64,000 nt of DNA from the human T2T-CHM13v2.0 reference genome, Homo sapiens. The stretch lies in assembly GCF_009914755.1 (NCBI RefSeq), contig NC_060926.1. The stretch is one strand, 5' to 3'. The position numbers and the translations under genes are program-made. Below, one piece after another: positions 15,541 through 31,495 of this stretch (its first letter is position 1; each line of letters starts with the position of its first letter). The notes under the pieces were generated by a model, which saw only the letters and a program-made list of their open reading frames with translations, was not told the origin of the DNA and ran no database searches.

Positions 15541-17206
15541 GGCCTTTCTCAGGAAGTATCCACCTCATTAGGTGATGCATGCACATCTCAGGACAGAATT
15601 TCAGGTGAGAGATTGGAAGGAAAGCGTTTGCCCATGGCTTGTTGGGGCATGTGGAGAATATGTGTTACATGGAACGCACATGGAGGATGCTGTAGAGAAA
15701 ACTGCGACTTGCTGTCGTACACTGAAGATACTGGATTTTTCAGAGGTCCTGAGCATCTCACCAGTACTGGTTTTGGAAATTTTTTATCAAGGCATTCCTT
15801 CCTCTGCAAGTGTTTGTTCTAAGAAGGTTCAGTAAGATTAGTGGGCATGGAAGTCCAGACTGCTGTCAGTCAGAACTATCCTCGGCAAAGCAACACGATG
15901 GGGAGTAAGCCAGTACCCTCAAGGGTGCGTGGGAGGGACCACCCAGGATCCTGAAAGGAGCAAGATGGGGTGGGGTGACCCTGTGCCCTGTAAGGGGAGG
16001 GACAAAGTGGGGTTACCAACATGGAAGGGGTAACAGGGCTCTGGATGGAGGAGGATGTGTATGGGGGTCCTCCAAACAGTGGAGGCAGATAGGGGATCAG
16101 AACTGAGGGGGCTGGGTTTGTCCATACCCTATCCTCCTGGTCTCACAGACCCCTGGGTTTTGCCCCTGATGTGGGTGGGTTCCGGAGACCACTCCTCTCT
16201 GCGAAGAAGGCAGAGGGGTCAGGTCAGCATGTCCCCGCCCTGTAGGGCAGGCTGAGTGGCCAGCAGTGAGCAGGTAGAAACCCAGGGGTGGTGTCTCAAG
16301 CACGAACAAATTAGCCCCTTGACCACCTTCATCAAGCTGTTCTTGCTGTACAGAGTCCATTTTTCTAGTGAGTGATTCCTGAGTATTTAATAAAAAATAC
16401 TTCTGCCTTCAACAGAAAAATGTATTCATTCATATTTTGGGAAGGATTACACTCCCACAGAAAAATCATCCTTGTTTCTTCTTGAAATGATATTTGGATT
16501 CTTTCTGTGTTTTGGGGGCCAGATGTGAGGTTGTGTAAAATGCTTTTGTGGAAATGCCCCCTTTTTACACTGAGACCTCATGTGGTGTCCTGGCATGTAA
16601 TGAAGTCCTCAGCACAAGCTTAGCCCTTACCGAGAGGAGAGAGAGAACCTTATGCCTGCTTTAAATAACTTGGTGTGTAACCCAGCCTTCCACATGCGAA
16701 CATTCTCAGCACACTTTAGAAGTGACAGCTGTCCAAAGGTCCGGTCTTCTCATGGATTCTTAGAAGAACAAAGTCTGTATGAAAGATGGCTTATGTTGTT
16801 GATCTTTTAGGAAATTATTTTTAAATTGAGGTTACATTATTTATAGCACACACATTATTCCTCAAAGGATTTGAAGAGACTTACTTGAAATGATGCAGAT
16901 AAGAACTTTAAAACACTAAGTCAGGAATAGGACATGAGGAACCGCTCAAACATTCGTGCCATGGCATACTAAATTGAGCTACTACTGTGGCTGTGGAATG
17001 CCATGTGGCCAGAATTAGAGGGGAACACAATCCTTGTAAACCATTTTTATTGTCCATGGGAGAAATCGCAGCAGTTCCTCAGAAAAAGAGAAGCACTTTC
17101 TGGTACTTTCATTCTAAACAACTCTCATAGAAGGCTGTTGGATGCTTTAGATATTTTTAAAGGTGACTTCCTGGAGGCAGCATTGTAGGAGCTAAGAACT
17201 CAGACT

Positions 17207-17483
17207 GGCCAGGTCCAGTGGCTCACGCCTGTAATCCCAGCACTTTGGGAGACTGAGGCGGGTGGATCACGAGGTCAGGAGTTCAAGACCAGTCTGGCCA
17301 ACATGGTGAAACCCCGTCTCTACTAAAAATACAAAAACTAGCCAGGCGTGGTGGCGGGTACCTGTAATCTCAGCTACTCAGGAGGCTGAGTCAGGGAATT
17401 CCTTGAACCCAGGAGGCAGAGGTTGCAGTGAGCCGAGATCGCGCCACTGTACTCCAGCCTGGGCGACTGAGCAACACTTGTCT

Positions 17484-17514
<31 letters not shown>
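17207..17514 (+). mobile_element. Alu, full length, ~32-nt pure A tail, inserted in a MIR
   Basis: Sense Alu; TSD aa(g/c)aactcagact at 17194-17206 and 17515-17527. Confidence 0.96.
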
Positions 17515-17517
<3 letters not shown>

Positions 17518-17527
17518 AACTCAGACT

Positions 17528-17960
17528 TAGCCACACTCCCTCTAGCTGTGGGACCTTAAGTAAGTGGTTTAATTTCTGAGGCTTATTTTCCTCATCTGTA
17601 ACAGAGAACTAAGAGTAGTGCTTGCCTCATAGAAGTTGATTGTGTTCACTGAATTTATGAATATGGAGGACCGAGAGCATCGTGTAGGCAGCCCTTTACA
17701 AATGGCATGGTATGTTATTTAAATCCAATAGCATCTTCCTGTTTTAATCAAGAGCATGACTTCAGGTCCATTCAGTTGCTTGGGTTAAATTTCTGATACT
17801 GACACTGATTCCCTTTGTGATTTGGGGCAGATGATATAACCCCTGTGACTCAGTTATTTCACCTCAGTAACATGGGCATCATCATGACACCTGGTTCAAA
17901 AGGTTCTTAACAAGATTAAATGAGAATCCACCCAGGGTATTTTGTGCAGCTCTCAGCAGT
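17528..17960 (+). mobile_element. Two MIR fragments
   Basis: cctcatctgtaac core at ~17590; second diverged core at ~17850-17920. Confidence 0.6.
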
Positions 17961-18574
17961 TGATACGTGTTGATACAATGCTATGTATTGTCAGGGTTGT
18001 GATAAGTTGATTAATATTATTAATATAATATGTTAATGTATGCTATACATTTGTCAGTTGAATAAGTGGATGTATAAGTGATGGAATCTTCAATTTTGCA
18101 ATTACTTTGGAAGATGGAGTCATAAGTGAAGGATGGAAAAGAAAGGAATTTTGATCACACACATGAAGTCCTGTTTACAGGTGCAGTTACACATTTTATT
18201 TTTTAAAAGAAGTTGGCAATTTGAGGTTCCTGTTTAATCTTGAATGCACATACAGGCTGACAGTGTTTTTACAGTAGAGTTTGTAACATGGTCAGGAGTG
18301 TTCTGGTTACCCAGATTTGGATTCTGCCCTGTATTCACCTCTGTTAGATAGCTCGGTGAAAATGGGTTCATGTCTGTCGGCAGAGGGAGCCACATTTTTC
18401 CATGATGCTTGGTTGATGCCTGTTGCCTTATAACACAGAATCCCCATACTTGGCTCCAGCCAGGCTGCTTCTGCAGGCCCCATCATGGCCATTGGGAGAT
18501 CTGGCCCTCCTGGGAGAGTTTTGCCAATGGGAAACAATAAGGAAGGTGTTCAAAACCACAACTTTTTAAATTCG

Positions 18575-18878
18575 TGCATGAGATAGTTCTGAGAGATGCA
18601 TCCTTAGGCGATTTGGTCATTGCGTGAAAATCCTCCAGTGTACTTACACAAGCCTGGATGGCACAGCCTATTGCTCCCAGGCTCCAAGCCTGTACAGCAT
18701 ATTGCTGTACTGAATACTGTAGGCAGCTATAACACAAAGGTAAATACTTGTGTGTCTAAACATGTCTAAACATAGAGAAGGTATAAAAATATGGTATTAT
18801 CATCTTATGAGACCACTGTGCTATTGTATACGCAGTCTGTCGCTGACTGAAACATCATCACACAGCATGTGACTGTAC
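18575..18878 (+). mobile_element. Tigger3-like TcMar element (opposite orientation to the copy at 15206)
   Basis: ttctgagagatgcatc.ttaggcgattt.gtcattgcgtg...ctgtactgaatactgtaggca...catgtgactgta. Confidence 0.8.
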
Positions 18879-20254
18879 CTGGGCAGTGCTGGCTTCCATT
18901 TGTGAGGTCACTGAGCAGCAGCGCCCCAGCCTGCAGAAGCTTCAGTTGAGGCTGGCAGTGTTGGAGGCTTGTCCCAGACACCAAGGCTTGGGGTGTTTGT
19001 CTCCCAGTGCAAGTACAGTTTTCTGGAAGAGCCATCTTGATTACCTTTCATTTTATCCTTTAAATTGTTGAGGATTAGGTTAGATAACTGCCTCGTCTTT
19101 GTAGAGGTGAAAAATTTATAGCTCTTGGAAAGTATGTTCTTCTTTCTAATAGAAGCCTTCCCCTCGCTCAGAGACGGGAGGAAATGCCTAACAAAGAACA
19201 CAGTGAAGCTATGAAATTTGGCTTCTGTAAATCTTAGTCCTATTTCTAGAAGGTGGGGCGGGGAGGCAAGGCACATTGCCTGGCCTTTTGGGGAAAGGTT
19301 GCTGCTTTCAGCCAGGGAATGTGGGGGCCAGCTTCCCTGAGGCCCTCAGTGTGACGGCCGAGCTCCCAGTGGCAGCAAAGCGAGCCTGACCGGTCAGCCG
19401 CCATATAGCCACTTAGAGTCAGTTACCAAGGCAGGGTGGGCAGTCATTCCCAGAGTTTAAAAAAAAGAAAAAATCCTAAAATCCCTCATTACATTTTACC
19501 ATTGAGATAAAGTAGCTGAGAAATGTGCAGTGTGTCAGGCACACTCTTTCCTGGTGTTCTCTGCCTTTACAGTTGAGCAGGGTGTGGCCATCGGGCCTGC
19601 CACTGAGGGTCAAGCATCACTGCCTTCACCACATCTCACAGTTCTCACCTTGGCCACAATTAGATGACATTTGTGAGGACCCTGCTGCTTTCAATTAATG
19701 TTGACACTCATTTTTTTCATTTTCCACTCATTTTTTAAAATATGGGAGAGGCCAGGATAATAGGAAGTAAATTGCACATGTGAATACAAGCAAGTAAATT
19801 GCACATGTGAATATAAGCATACAAGCAGAGCCCAGCCGCCCTGCCCTGCCCTGCCCGCAGTGCCCTCTCAGCTAGCAGGAAGTGGGTTCTGCAGGTACAA
19901 GCTGTTCTCTGGAGGTACTCAGTTCCAGTTTGCAGAATGGTTTTCATACATCCGTGGGTAATGCATGAAAAGGTCATAGTCTGCCAGCGGGAAGCAGCTT
20001 CTGTGTGCGCTGACCCTGCCGCCCTTCTCTCCAAGCCCCCAAGTTGGGTCCAAAAGCAAATGTGGGTGGGAATACAGACCCATTGTTGTGATCTGTAAGC
20101 CAAGCGATCCTGAGCCTGGGGAGCACATCCTGTGAATTTGAGTGACAGATCTGCTTTAAAATTTTAGGAATAGCCCTGTTTGTGGAATGACTGTGTCCCC
20201 GGCAAGTTGACAATTGAGTTTTTGCAAATCAAATCTTTTCCCAGAGAACTTTAA

Positions 20255-20657
<403 letters not shown>

Positions 20658-20659
20658 TC

Positions 20660-20959
20660 TTTTAATTTTTTTTTTTTTAAGATGGAGTCTTGCTCTGTCG
20701 CCCAGGCTGGAGTACAATGGCACAATCTCAGCTCACTGCAACCTCCGCCTCCCAGGTTCAAGCGATTCTCTTGCTCAGCCTCCCAAGTAGCTGGGATTAT
20801 AGGCGCGTGCCACCACTCCCGGCTAATTTTTGTATTTTTAGTAGAGGCAGGGTTTCACCATGTTGGCCAGGCTGGTCTTGAACTCCTGACCTCAGGTGAC
20901 TTGCCCGCCACAGCCTCCCAAAGTGCTGGGATTACAGGCATGAGCCACTGCACCTGGCC
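20660..20959 (-). mobile_element. Alu, full length (AluSx-like), tandem to the previous one
   Basis: Antisense Alu consensus. Confidence 0.95.
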
Positions 20960-22329
20960 AGTCAGGTTGTTCTTAAAATGAACGTCTGCCATTACAAACC
21001 TACTTGCCTTCTCAAGACAGGACAGTGTTGCTGAGGTATGTGCTTTCATGGGAATCTAATTCACAAATGCCATCTTGTTAAGGATTTTACAACTAGAAGA
21101 AATTGTGTCCAATTTGAGTCCTAAAAAGTGCCATCTGTTCACGTTGATTTTTGAGCTCCCATTTCATACCAAGTCTTTTTTTCTCCATCTTTGTATTTCA
21201 TTGGCCAGAAGGCAAGGTACTGCCCATAGCAAGGCATTCTCTTCTCCTGCCCTCCCCTGCCCTCTTTTCCTTCGGGTCAGGTGGGGTGCATTAACCCTCA
21301 CTGGAGCCTGGTGGGCAGCACCAGAGGTCGGCCTTTGCAGCAGAATAGCTGGAATTCCTGAGCATAATTTAGCCATGGTTCTGTTTGCTTAAGCATGTGG
21401 GTGGCTATTCTTCAGTCTCTCTTGTGTTCGTAAGTCCCTGTGGCTGCTAAAACTTGAGATCCCCTGAAAATGGCAGAGCCTCAGGAGTTCGCCGTGATGG
21501 CCCCAGAATACTCAATCTGCTTAGAAAAAGGAAAACACAGATCTTGTTGTCTGTCTGCATCATTTGTAAACGAGAGCCTTGTCAGGAATTTGTGTGTAGA
21601 ACGTGATCTGTTTTAAGCCTGAGCAAAGTCTGCCTGTGCTTACAGGTTTTTAGTTGCCTCAAGAGGGAGTCACCAAATACATAGCAAGGGTTGTGAAGGA
21701 AAAGGAGGACAGGGTCCAACCCAGTTGCCATGCCCGGGGTGGCGCACTCGCCCCTTGTCAGTTGCTCCAACTTGTGGTTTCTCTGATGCCCCTGTGAAAC
21801 AGAGGTCCCTATTTTTAGTGCTGGACTGTCATTTCTGATGTGCTGCTGTTGCAAAAATTCAGTAGCAGCTTTAACAGAAATCCTGATTTAAAGGCCCCGT
21901 TTATAATGTAGATGAAGCTTGTTTACCAAATAAAAGAGCAGAATGCTGTGGTGGATTGGCTGCTTCAGATCTCATCAAATGGAAGAGTCCTGTGTTTATT
22001 CCTTTGCATGGCATCATGCAAAGGCCCTGCCTCTGCGTGGAGCCCATGCGTCTTTGTTTTGATTCATTCCTTCTTCTGGTCAACCAGGGAGAGGAGGAAG
22101 AGGGAGTTGTTCCTTGCCTAGAGGAAAATGGCAGAGCAGCAGCAGATCCAGGTAGTGGTTCAATACCCAGATCTTCTAGCGTAAGAATCATGCGTGTTCA
22201 GGGTCACGATCAAATCAATCCAGAAAATGTATATTGTAGGAGAGGAAGAAATCACTTCATCCCTACCCTTCACAGTTCTTGGGACAGACTGCAGCAACGA
22301 AAGACAGATTAACACAAACAGAAGTTGAA

Positions 22330-23028
22330 TAGTAGGTATATCTTGTGTTGTATCCATGGGAGATACCCAGAGAAATGAGTCAGTGTCCAAGAGGTGGCTT
22401 AGATTTTAGGCTTAAAAACCATCATCCCGGCTGGGCATGGTGGTTCACGCCTGTAATCCCAGCACTTTGGAAGGCCAAGGCAGGCAGATCCACGAGGTCA
22501 AGAGTTGGAGACCATCCTGGCCAACATGGTGAAACCCTGTCTCTACTAAAAATACAAAAATTAGCCAGGCGTGGTGGCACATGCTGTAATCCTAGCTACC
22601 CAGGAGGCTGAGGCAGGAAAATGGCGTGAACCCAAGAGGCGGAGGTTGCAGTGAGCCGAGATTGTGCTACTGCACTCCAGCCTGGGTGACAGGGCGAGAC
22701 ACCGTCTCAAAAAAAAAAAAAAAAAAAATTTCCCTGAAACAAAGATAAATGGTTTGGGGAAGGCCAGTTATGGGGAGGTACCCAAGAAAAGCAGTTAACA
22801 AAGGTAAGGTTTGAGAGCCAGATTCTCCACTGATAGAAATCTCTAGTGATGTAGTCATCCTTCTCTTCTTGGTAATAGAAAGGAAGACACCCATGAATTT
22901 TGTCTTACAAGAGGATAACTTATCTGTTTTTGGGATATCTCCTGTGTCTGCAGTCTCTCAAAATAATCAACTCAAAATCTTTATGCGAAAAGGCATATTT
23001 TGGGGTGGCATATTCTGGTCTCTCACAA
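22330..23028 (-). mobile_element. Probable ERV1-class LTR (MER34/MER39-like), interrupted by an Alu
   Basis: End phrase aaaataatcaactcaaaat...ggcatattttggggtggcatattctg...aca; left border uncertain. Confidence 0.5.
22429..22727 (+). mobile_element. Alu, full length
   Basis: Sense Alu with A tail. Confidence 0.95.
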
Positions 23029-23228
23029 TATGAAAGTACCCCAAGCCTTATGTTAGTAGGAATCATTAACGTTATCATCGTGGCAGGAAGAGACTACAGC
23101 GAGAATTCCTGGGACAGCAGGGACCAGAACTGGTTTGTGTAGATTCTCAGAGTATAGATAGGATCACATTGGACCCTGGTTTCCAAACATTTTAGGTATG
23201 GGAACCCCCCCACCTCTGTCTCAGTGCC

Positions 23229-23293
23229 TCGGTATGTAAAACTGACATAAATACCATTCTGCTAATGGTATTTATGTCAGTTTTACATACCGA
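23229..23293. repeat. Perfect inverted repeat, 30-bp arms, 5-nt spacer
   Basis: TCGGTATGTAAAACTGACATAAATACCATT-ctgct-AATGGTATTTATGTCAGTTTTACATACCGA. Confidence 0.98.
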
Positions 23294-23630
23294 CACGCTG
23301 AGATGAACTTTAAATGTCTGCTCAGTAAGGGCAATGGGCCTGTTTGCATAACACAAATATGAATGGTACCTGCAGTCCAGATCAGCTGTAGCATCCCTGC
23401 CCTTCAGTATTTTGTTCTGGTTGCACTGTCTTGAAAGAATCCACTTCGTCATCCAGATCAGTGATGCAGATGGCAATATTTGTTAAGAACGGCTCTTCCT
23501 GTAGTTCTAAGAAATTATCTGACTAGAAAGATGACAGGAAAAGCACTATTATGAGACTGCCCAGTGATAAGTTATTCTGGGCACCCATGGTAATGCGCTG
23601 GGCCCCAAGGTATTAGAATTTAGTAACAGC

Positions 23631-23927
23631 GGCCGGGCACAGTGGCTCGCACCTGTAATCCCAGCACTTTGGGAGGCTAAGGTGGGCAGATCACCTGAGG
23701 TCAGGAGTTCGAGACCAGCCTGGCCAACATGGTGAAACCCCATCTCTACTAAAAATATAAAAATCAGCCGGGCTTGGGGGCTCGTGCCTGTAATCCCAGC
23801 TACTTGGGAGGCTGAGGCAGGAGAATCCCTGAACCTGGGAGGTGGAGGTTACAGTGAGCCAAGATTGCACCACTGCACTCCAGCCTGGGCAACAGAGCAA
23901 GATCCTGTCTCAAAAAAAAAAAAAAAA
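23631..23927 (+). mobile_element. Alu, full length (AluSx-like)
   Basis: Perfect 15-bp TSD gaatttagtaacagc at 23616-23630 and 23932-23946. Confidence 0.96.
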
Positions 23928-24089
23928 GGGGGAATTTAGTAACAGCAAATGTTGTGGTGGTTGGGTGGGGGGTGGGTATTGTGTTTGTTACAAATTTTTA
24001 AATAAGCTGCATTTAAAAAATGAAATTTGGACTAAGCATTTGCGGAAACTTTGGCCTCTTCATAACTCTGGTCAGGCTCAACTCTTTAG

Positions 24090-24220
24090 CTTTCTGCAGG
24101 GGAAAACTGAAGCTCACAGACCTTGAGGATTTGCCAAGGTCATACATAGCAACTGGGACTAGATCATATCTTCAGGTGTCTTGTCTTGTGTTACATCCTG
24201 GACCTTGGGACTCCAGAGCT
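24090..24220 (-). mobile_element. MIR fragment
   Basis: ggaaaactgaagctcacaga...ttgccaaggtcataca. Confidence 0.65.
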
Positions 24221-26739
24221 GAGCAGTCTCTCACCTGCTGAGAACCATGGTGCACAGGCCCCCTGTGCCCTCCACTAGGGTGACTCACTGAACACACATG
24301 TTGGTACCAGCACTGACTTCTCATGAGGACCTTGGCTCGGCTTACCAGCTACCTCCTTGGAGAGCTGCAAGGGACTATGTCCCAGTGCATGTGAAGGACT
24401 GTTCTACCACAGAGAACTGAAGTTGTTAGGCCTCTTGGAAAAATATTGTAGCATCAGGTGTCAGAGCATCTTGACAGCTGGCAGATGCCTGCTCCCTCTG
24501 GTGCTCAGATAAGGCCTGGGGAGCTGGGAATCAGCTCCTGACTTGTTACCTCCTCTGGTCCACCACCGCTTTAGTGCTGTCTGCTGCAAACATAGATTAA
24601 GAGGCTTGAGGACATCCAACAGGACAGAGCCCTTTAAATGCATTTTTCTGGAGAAATGTGGTGGCCTCCTTTCTGAAAAGAAACAGGCCATCATCTGGGT
24701 GGTGAGGAATAGGGCGTGGAACATTCGGAATCAGCCAGGCCTACAGACTGGCCCTGAGCTCCCTGGGCTGCCATGTAAACTCTTATGAGGGGCTGGTCTG
24801 TGATGAGGCCACTGAAGAAGTTCCCCTCACTGCTGAGGTCCACACTGACTGAGGACCAGAAGCGAAGTGAGAGCTGCCTTACCGTTCTGGAAGGATGGAG
24901 AAGGGGATGCTTTCCCCATGGTCATCCTGGACCTAACCCTTACATTCTTAGGTCCACAAGACCAGGACTGCCTGCTGCTCACGCTTACTCCCTCACTTTC
25001 CGGTGACGAGGCCCCAGATAGAACGCAGAGCTCAGGTGATCCACGGGAGAGATGTGGCTACCTCTCTGTGACATGTGAAGAGGTGAGGTTGCCAGCCACA
25101 CTGCACCATGGCCCTAAGGACAGTCGGTAGAGACTGTTCAGTAGGAGAGCTAGTTTCTTGCAGGGAGATAACAGGTTTGCCGCCTTTTGTTTATGTGGCT
25201 CCTGGAGGTTAAACCATGGCCATGCTGACTAGTGTGACCAGAGGAGGTCACAAATCAGCAACAGACTCCCAGCTTCCCTGGGCATTATTGTAGGCACCAG
25301 AGGAAGCAGGCATCTGTTAGCTGCTCTGAGGGGTGTCAAAGAAGACAGGCAGACCAAGGGGTGTGTGCAGACACCAGCATCACTGAGCCCTTGGCTCCCG
25401 GGGCTTAGCTCTGAGACCCGAGCTCAGAAGGTGCGCAGGAGACAAACCAGGTCCCGCCCTTGCTAATCGGAAGCCCACAGATGACCCTCTCCCGAGATGG
25501 CTGTCGTGGCACTCTGCTTTTGAACTATGTATGAACAAAATCCTCTGTGTGTTTTCTTTTGGGTTTGGTTTCTTTCAATCCTTGTTAAGTTTGTGAGACT
25601 GACTTGGTCAGTCGTGTTTAGCCACGTGGTGTTTATTTTTGTAGACATGTAGTGTTCTGCTGATTGACTATGCCACTTTCTTGAAGCTTGCTAATGATGA
25701 TGATGATGGTTGTTTGGATTGTTTGCAGCCCGGGGTGCGGTGAGCATTTTTGCTTGTGTTTCTGGTACACCTTGAGAGTGCCTGCAGGGTGCATCTCTGC
25801 AAGTGGGTTGCTGGGTGGGGAGATACACCTGTCTTCAACTTACTCGTAGCGTCAGCCTGTTTTCCAGAGCAGCCACCATGCACCTTTCTGCTAGCAGGGT
25901 GCAAGCTTTCCTGTTGTTCCGCATCCATCTCTCGTTAATGAGCCTGGTTACTAATGGGGCTTGGTGCTCTTCATAGGCTCCCTGGCATGGGGACCACACC
26001 TTTTGAAGGCCTGTTCTTGTGTTGCCCCATTTTCAGCCTGAGAGGTCTGTCTGCCTGACTGACTTGTAAAAAGACTTCCCTATTCTGGAAACTGGAAATA
26101 TATAGGTTCGAGGCTGTATTTAGAAACAGAGCCATCCCAGGCACGTGCTGGGAATAGAGCCAGGGTGCTGTGCTCCATCTCCTTCCTCCCTCCAGAGGAA
26201 CAGCCATCCCTCGCCACTCAGCCTTTTCCTGGCCTCTGGTCCCACCAAAGAGCTGATCATCCTGGCCTGGGGTTGTTTCTGCCACCTCCTCCGTCCTCCT
26301 CTCTAGACAGTGATTCTTGCGATGAGCAGAAGCAACTCTTCGAACTACACCCCCTGCTTATTACCCCCAAATTAAGAATCGGGGAGTGGGGATGCCCAGG
26401 CTGACGGGAGGGTGTCGTGAGTACCCCGCCTCGTTGTCCTTTCTCCTTGCATGCCATTTTTCTTTCATCCTTAGCTGACTTCCCGCAGCACCACCACGAC
26501 AGTGGGCAGCTCACTGCCTCTGGGCCAGCGTGTTCACTTGGGCCCTCTACAGTTGGATCTTCTTTTCTTTCTTGACTTTCTTAACCCTGAATCTTGACTT
26601 GTTAAAGAGATTCTTTAACAAGGGGGGAGTGACGTGCACTCTAGACTGCCTCAGTGATTATTCTTGTTGAATGAAATTTTATGATTTTAGGGTAAGAGGC
26701 CAAACTAGACAATAATACCAACCTGTGTTTGCATTGCAC

Positions 26740-27599
<860 letters not shown>

Positions 27600-28969
27600 T
27601 AGGCTGGGGAGCAAGGCTGCTCAAGGCTGAGCTATCCAGGTCAGAGACACAGCCACTGCCTTCAGCTGTGGAGGGAAGTGGAGTGGGTGGATTCATCGTG
27701 TTAACAGGAGACTTGCTTTAACATATGTGCTGTTGTAGTTTGGTGACGCATTTGTCCAACATACTTGGAAGAAGAGCAGTTCTTTTGTGCTCTTTGGAAA
27801 AGAAAATGTTTCCCTCTGGTCCAGCACTGATTCAGGCTGGGTTTTTTGTTTGTTTTTGGTTTTTGTTTTGTTTTGTTTTTTTACTATGAAATGATGTATT
27901 GTTGTGGTTCATTCAAGGGAGCAGGGAATCCTTGCTCCTTCATTTCGTAAACAGTGACCACATACCTACCCTACACCTAGCACCAAGTTACACATACACT
28001 ATGGATGCAAAGGATGTTATGACCATTACAAAGAAGAATTTTCTAGACCAAAGTTTTGGTCATGGAATCGCGTCTCTGCTGATGCCTGCTGGCTCCCTTG
28101 GTAGGAGCTGTGAGTGCTTCCTGGCAGGATTCTTCTCCCCTTTCCATTCCTAAGAGCTTGGTTTGTACCATCTCTTCCCTGTCACCCTCACTGCTTCACC
28201 TTGATCATCTGGCTAATCCTTTCCTGGCCCTGCTGTGTCCTAAGTCACGGGGAATTTTGGAAAGCATTTGTTAGTGGATAAACGAGCAAGAAGGCAGTGG
28301 GATTGTGTTGCCTCCTGTTGCTGCGGCCATGTAACAGGTGATGTGTTGGGGAAAAATGGGCTAAGCTACGGGTGAAGCAGTTCCTGCTGGGATGGTGGTG
28401 ATGGGATACCCCTGTCTGGTTTTCTAGGGTTTTTTCTCCCCAAACTTATGACTATGCGTGGTTGAAAGGCATATTTCTAGGGCTGAGAATCTCCTCAAGG
28501 TGCTTTGCTAAAAGTTGCCTTCCCCGAAGGGCATGCCATCCGCCAATGCTGCATCTTAGGAAAGCCCATGGCTTGGGTGTGTGGTGGGCGAGCTTCTTTC
28601 TGCGACCCCCTCATGCCCTGCACTCAGCTGTAGGTACTTAGTTTCAGTGCCCGTGGGGGACCCCATGACCGCTGCTCGCCCCTCTTAGTTATGCTTCATT
28701 CTCCCACGCCCCTGTGGCTGTCTTGTCCTTGTAGATAGTGATTGGCATCCCTCCTCCCCCAAATTACCATTTCTCTCTGGTATGTGTATATTTAGTTGAT
28801 AACAGCAATGAATTGGGCATGTTAAAAAGAGTGCATATTTTGGAAAAGGTTCTGTTCAAAGGAATACAGTGGAAAGATTTTCCAGGCCCCATGGTTCACA
28901 CAACTTACAGATTTTTGAAAGAAAGTCATTTGACTATTTTTAAAGGTTGAGAAACCTGCCTGGGTATAG

Positions 28970-29323
<354 letters not shown>

Positions 29324-29377
29324 TGACCATTCTGCCAGCCCATCCGGCCAGTGTCACCCTTCACAGTGCTTGACTGA

Positions 29378-29710
<333 letters not shown>

Positions 29711-29757
29711 TGAACAGCTCAATCCAGGGCCTGCATGAGGTTGTGTCTCAGTGTCAT

Positions 29758-29761
<4 letters not shown>

Positions 29762-29807
<46 letters not shown>
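29762..29807. repeat. (GT)23 microsatellite
   Basis: Read directly; uninterrupted. Confidence 0.97.
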
Positions 29808-29808
<1 letters not shown>

Positions 29809-30084
29809 TTGTCAGGGATCTTTCATTTTTCTCTAATTCTGTGACATGCAGTCTATTCCAGGACTTAAGATTTTAGTCGACTCTTAAAAGCTTAAAAATA
29901 CCTGCTTGCAAATAGCACATACAACAGACACATACGTGAATATGCATACACATGTGCATATGTGATTTTCTCAGTCATCCATATAAATAAAACTTTTGCA
30001 TAGATCATTTAGAAACTACTTTTATATATGGTAAGTGACTAATCAAATGACTACCTGGTTGCTTTTTTTTTTTAAGTTGTTTTG

Positions 30085-30385
<301 letters not shown>

Positions 30386-30395
30386 CTTATTATTA

Positions 30396-30666
30396 ATTTT
30401 TGAGACACAGTCTTGCTCTGTTGCCCAGGCTGGAGTGCAGTGGTGTGATGACTGCAGCCTTGTTCTCCTGGTCTCAAGAGGTCCTCCCACCTCAGCCCCC
30501 TGAGTAGCTGGGAATACAGGCATGCACCACCGTACCTGGCTAATTTTTAGAGACACGGTTTTTCACCATGTTGCCCAGGCTGGTCTCGAACTCCTGGGCT
30601 CAAGTGATCACCCCACCTTGGCTTCTGAAAATGGTAGGATTACAGGCATGAGCCACCATGCCCGGA
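30396..30666 (-). mobile_element. Alu (AluJ-type)
   Basis: Antisense Alu, short middle A region. Confidence 0.88.
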
Positions 30667-30669
30667 CAA

Positions 30670-31495
<826 letters not shown>

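Noticed and set aside
23955-23977. G-rich possible G-quadruplex
   Set aside because: Marginal G-tract pattern with no functional context
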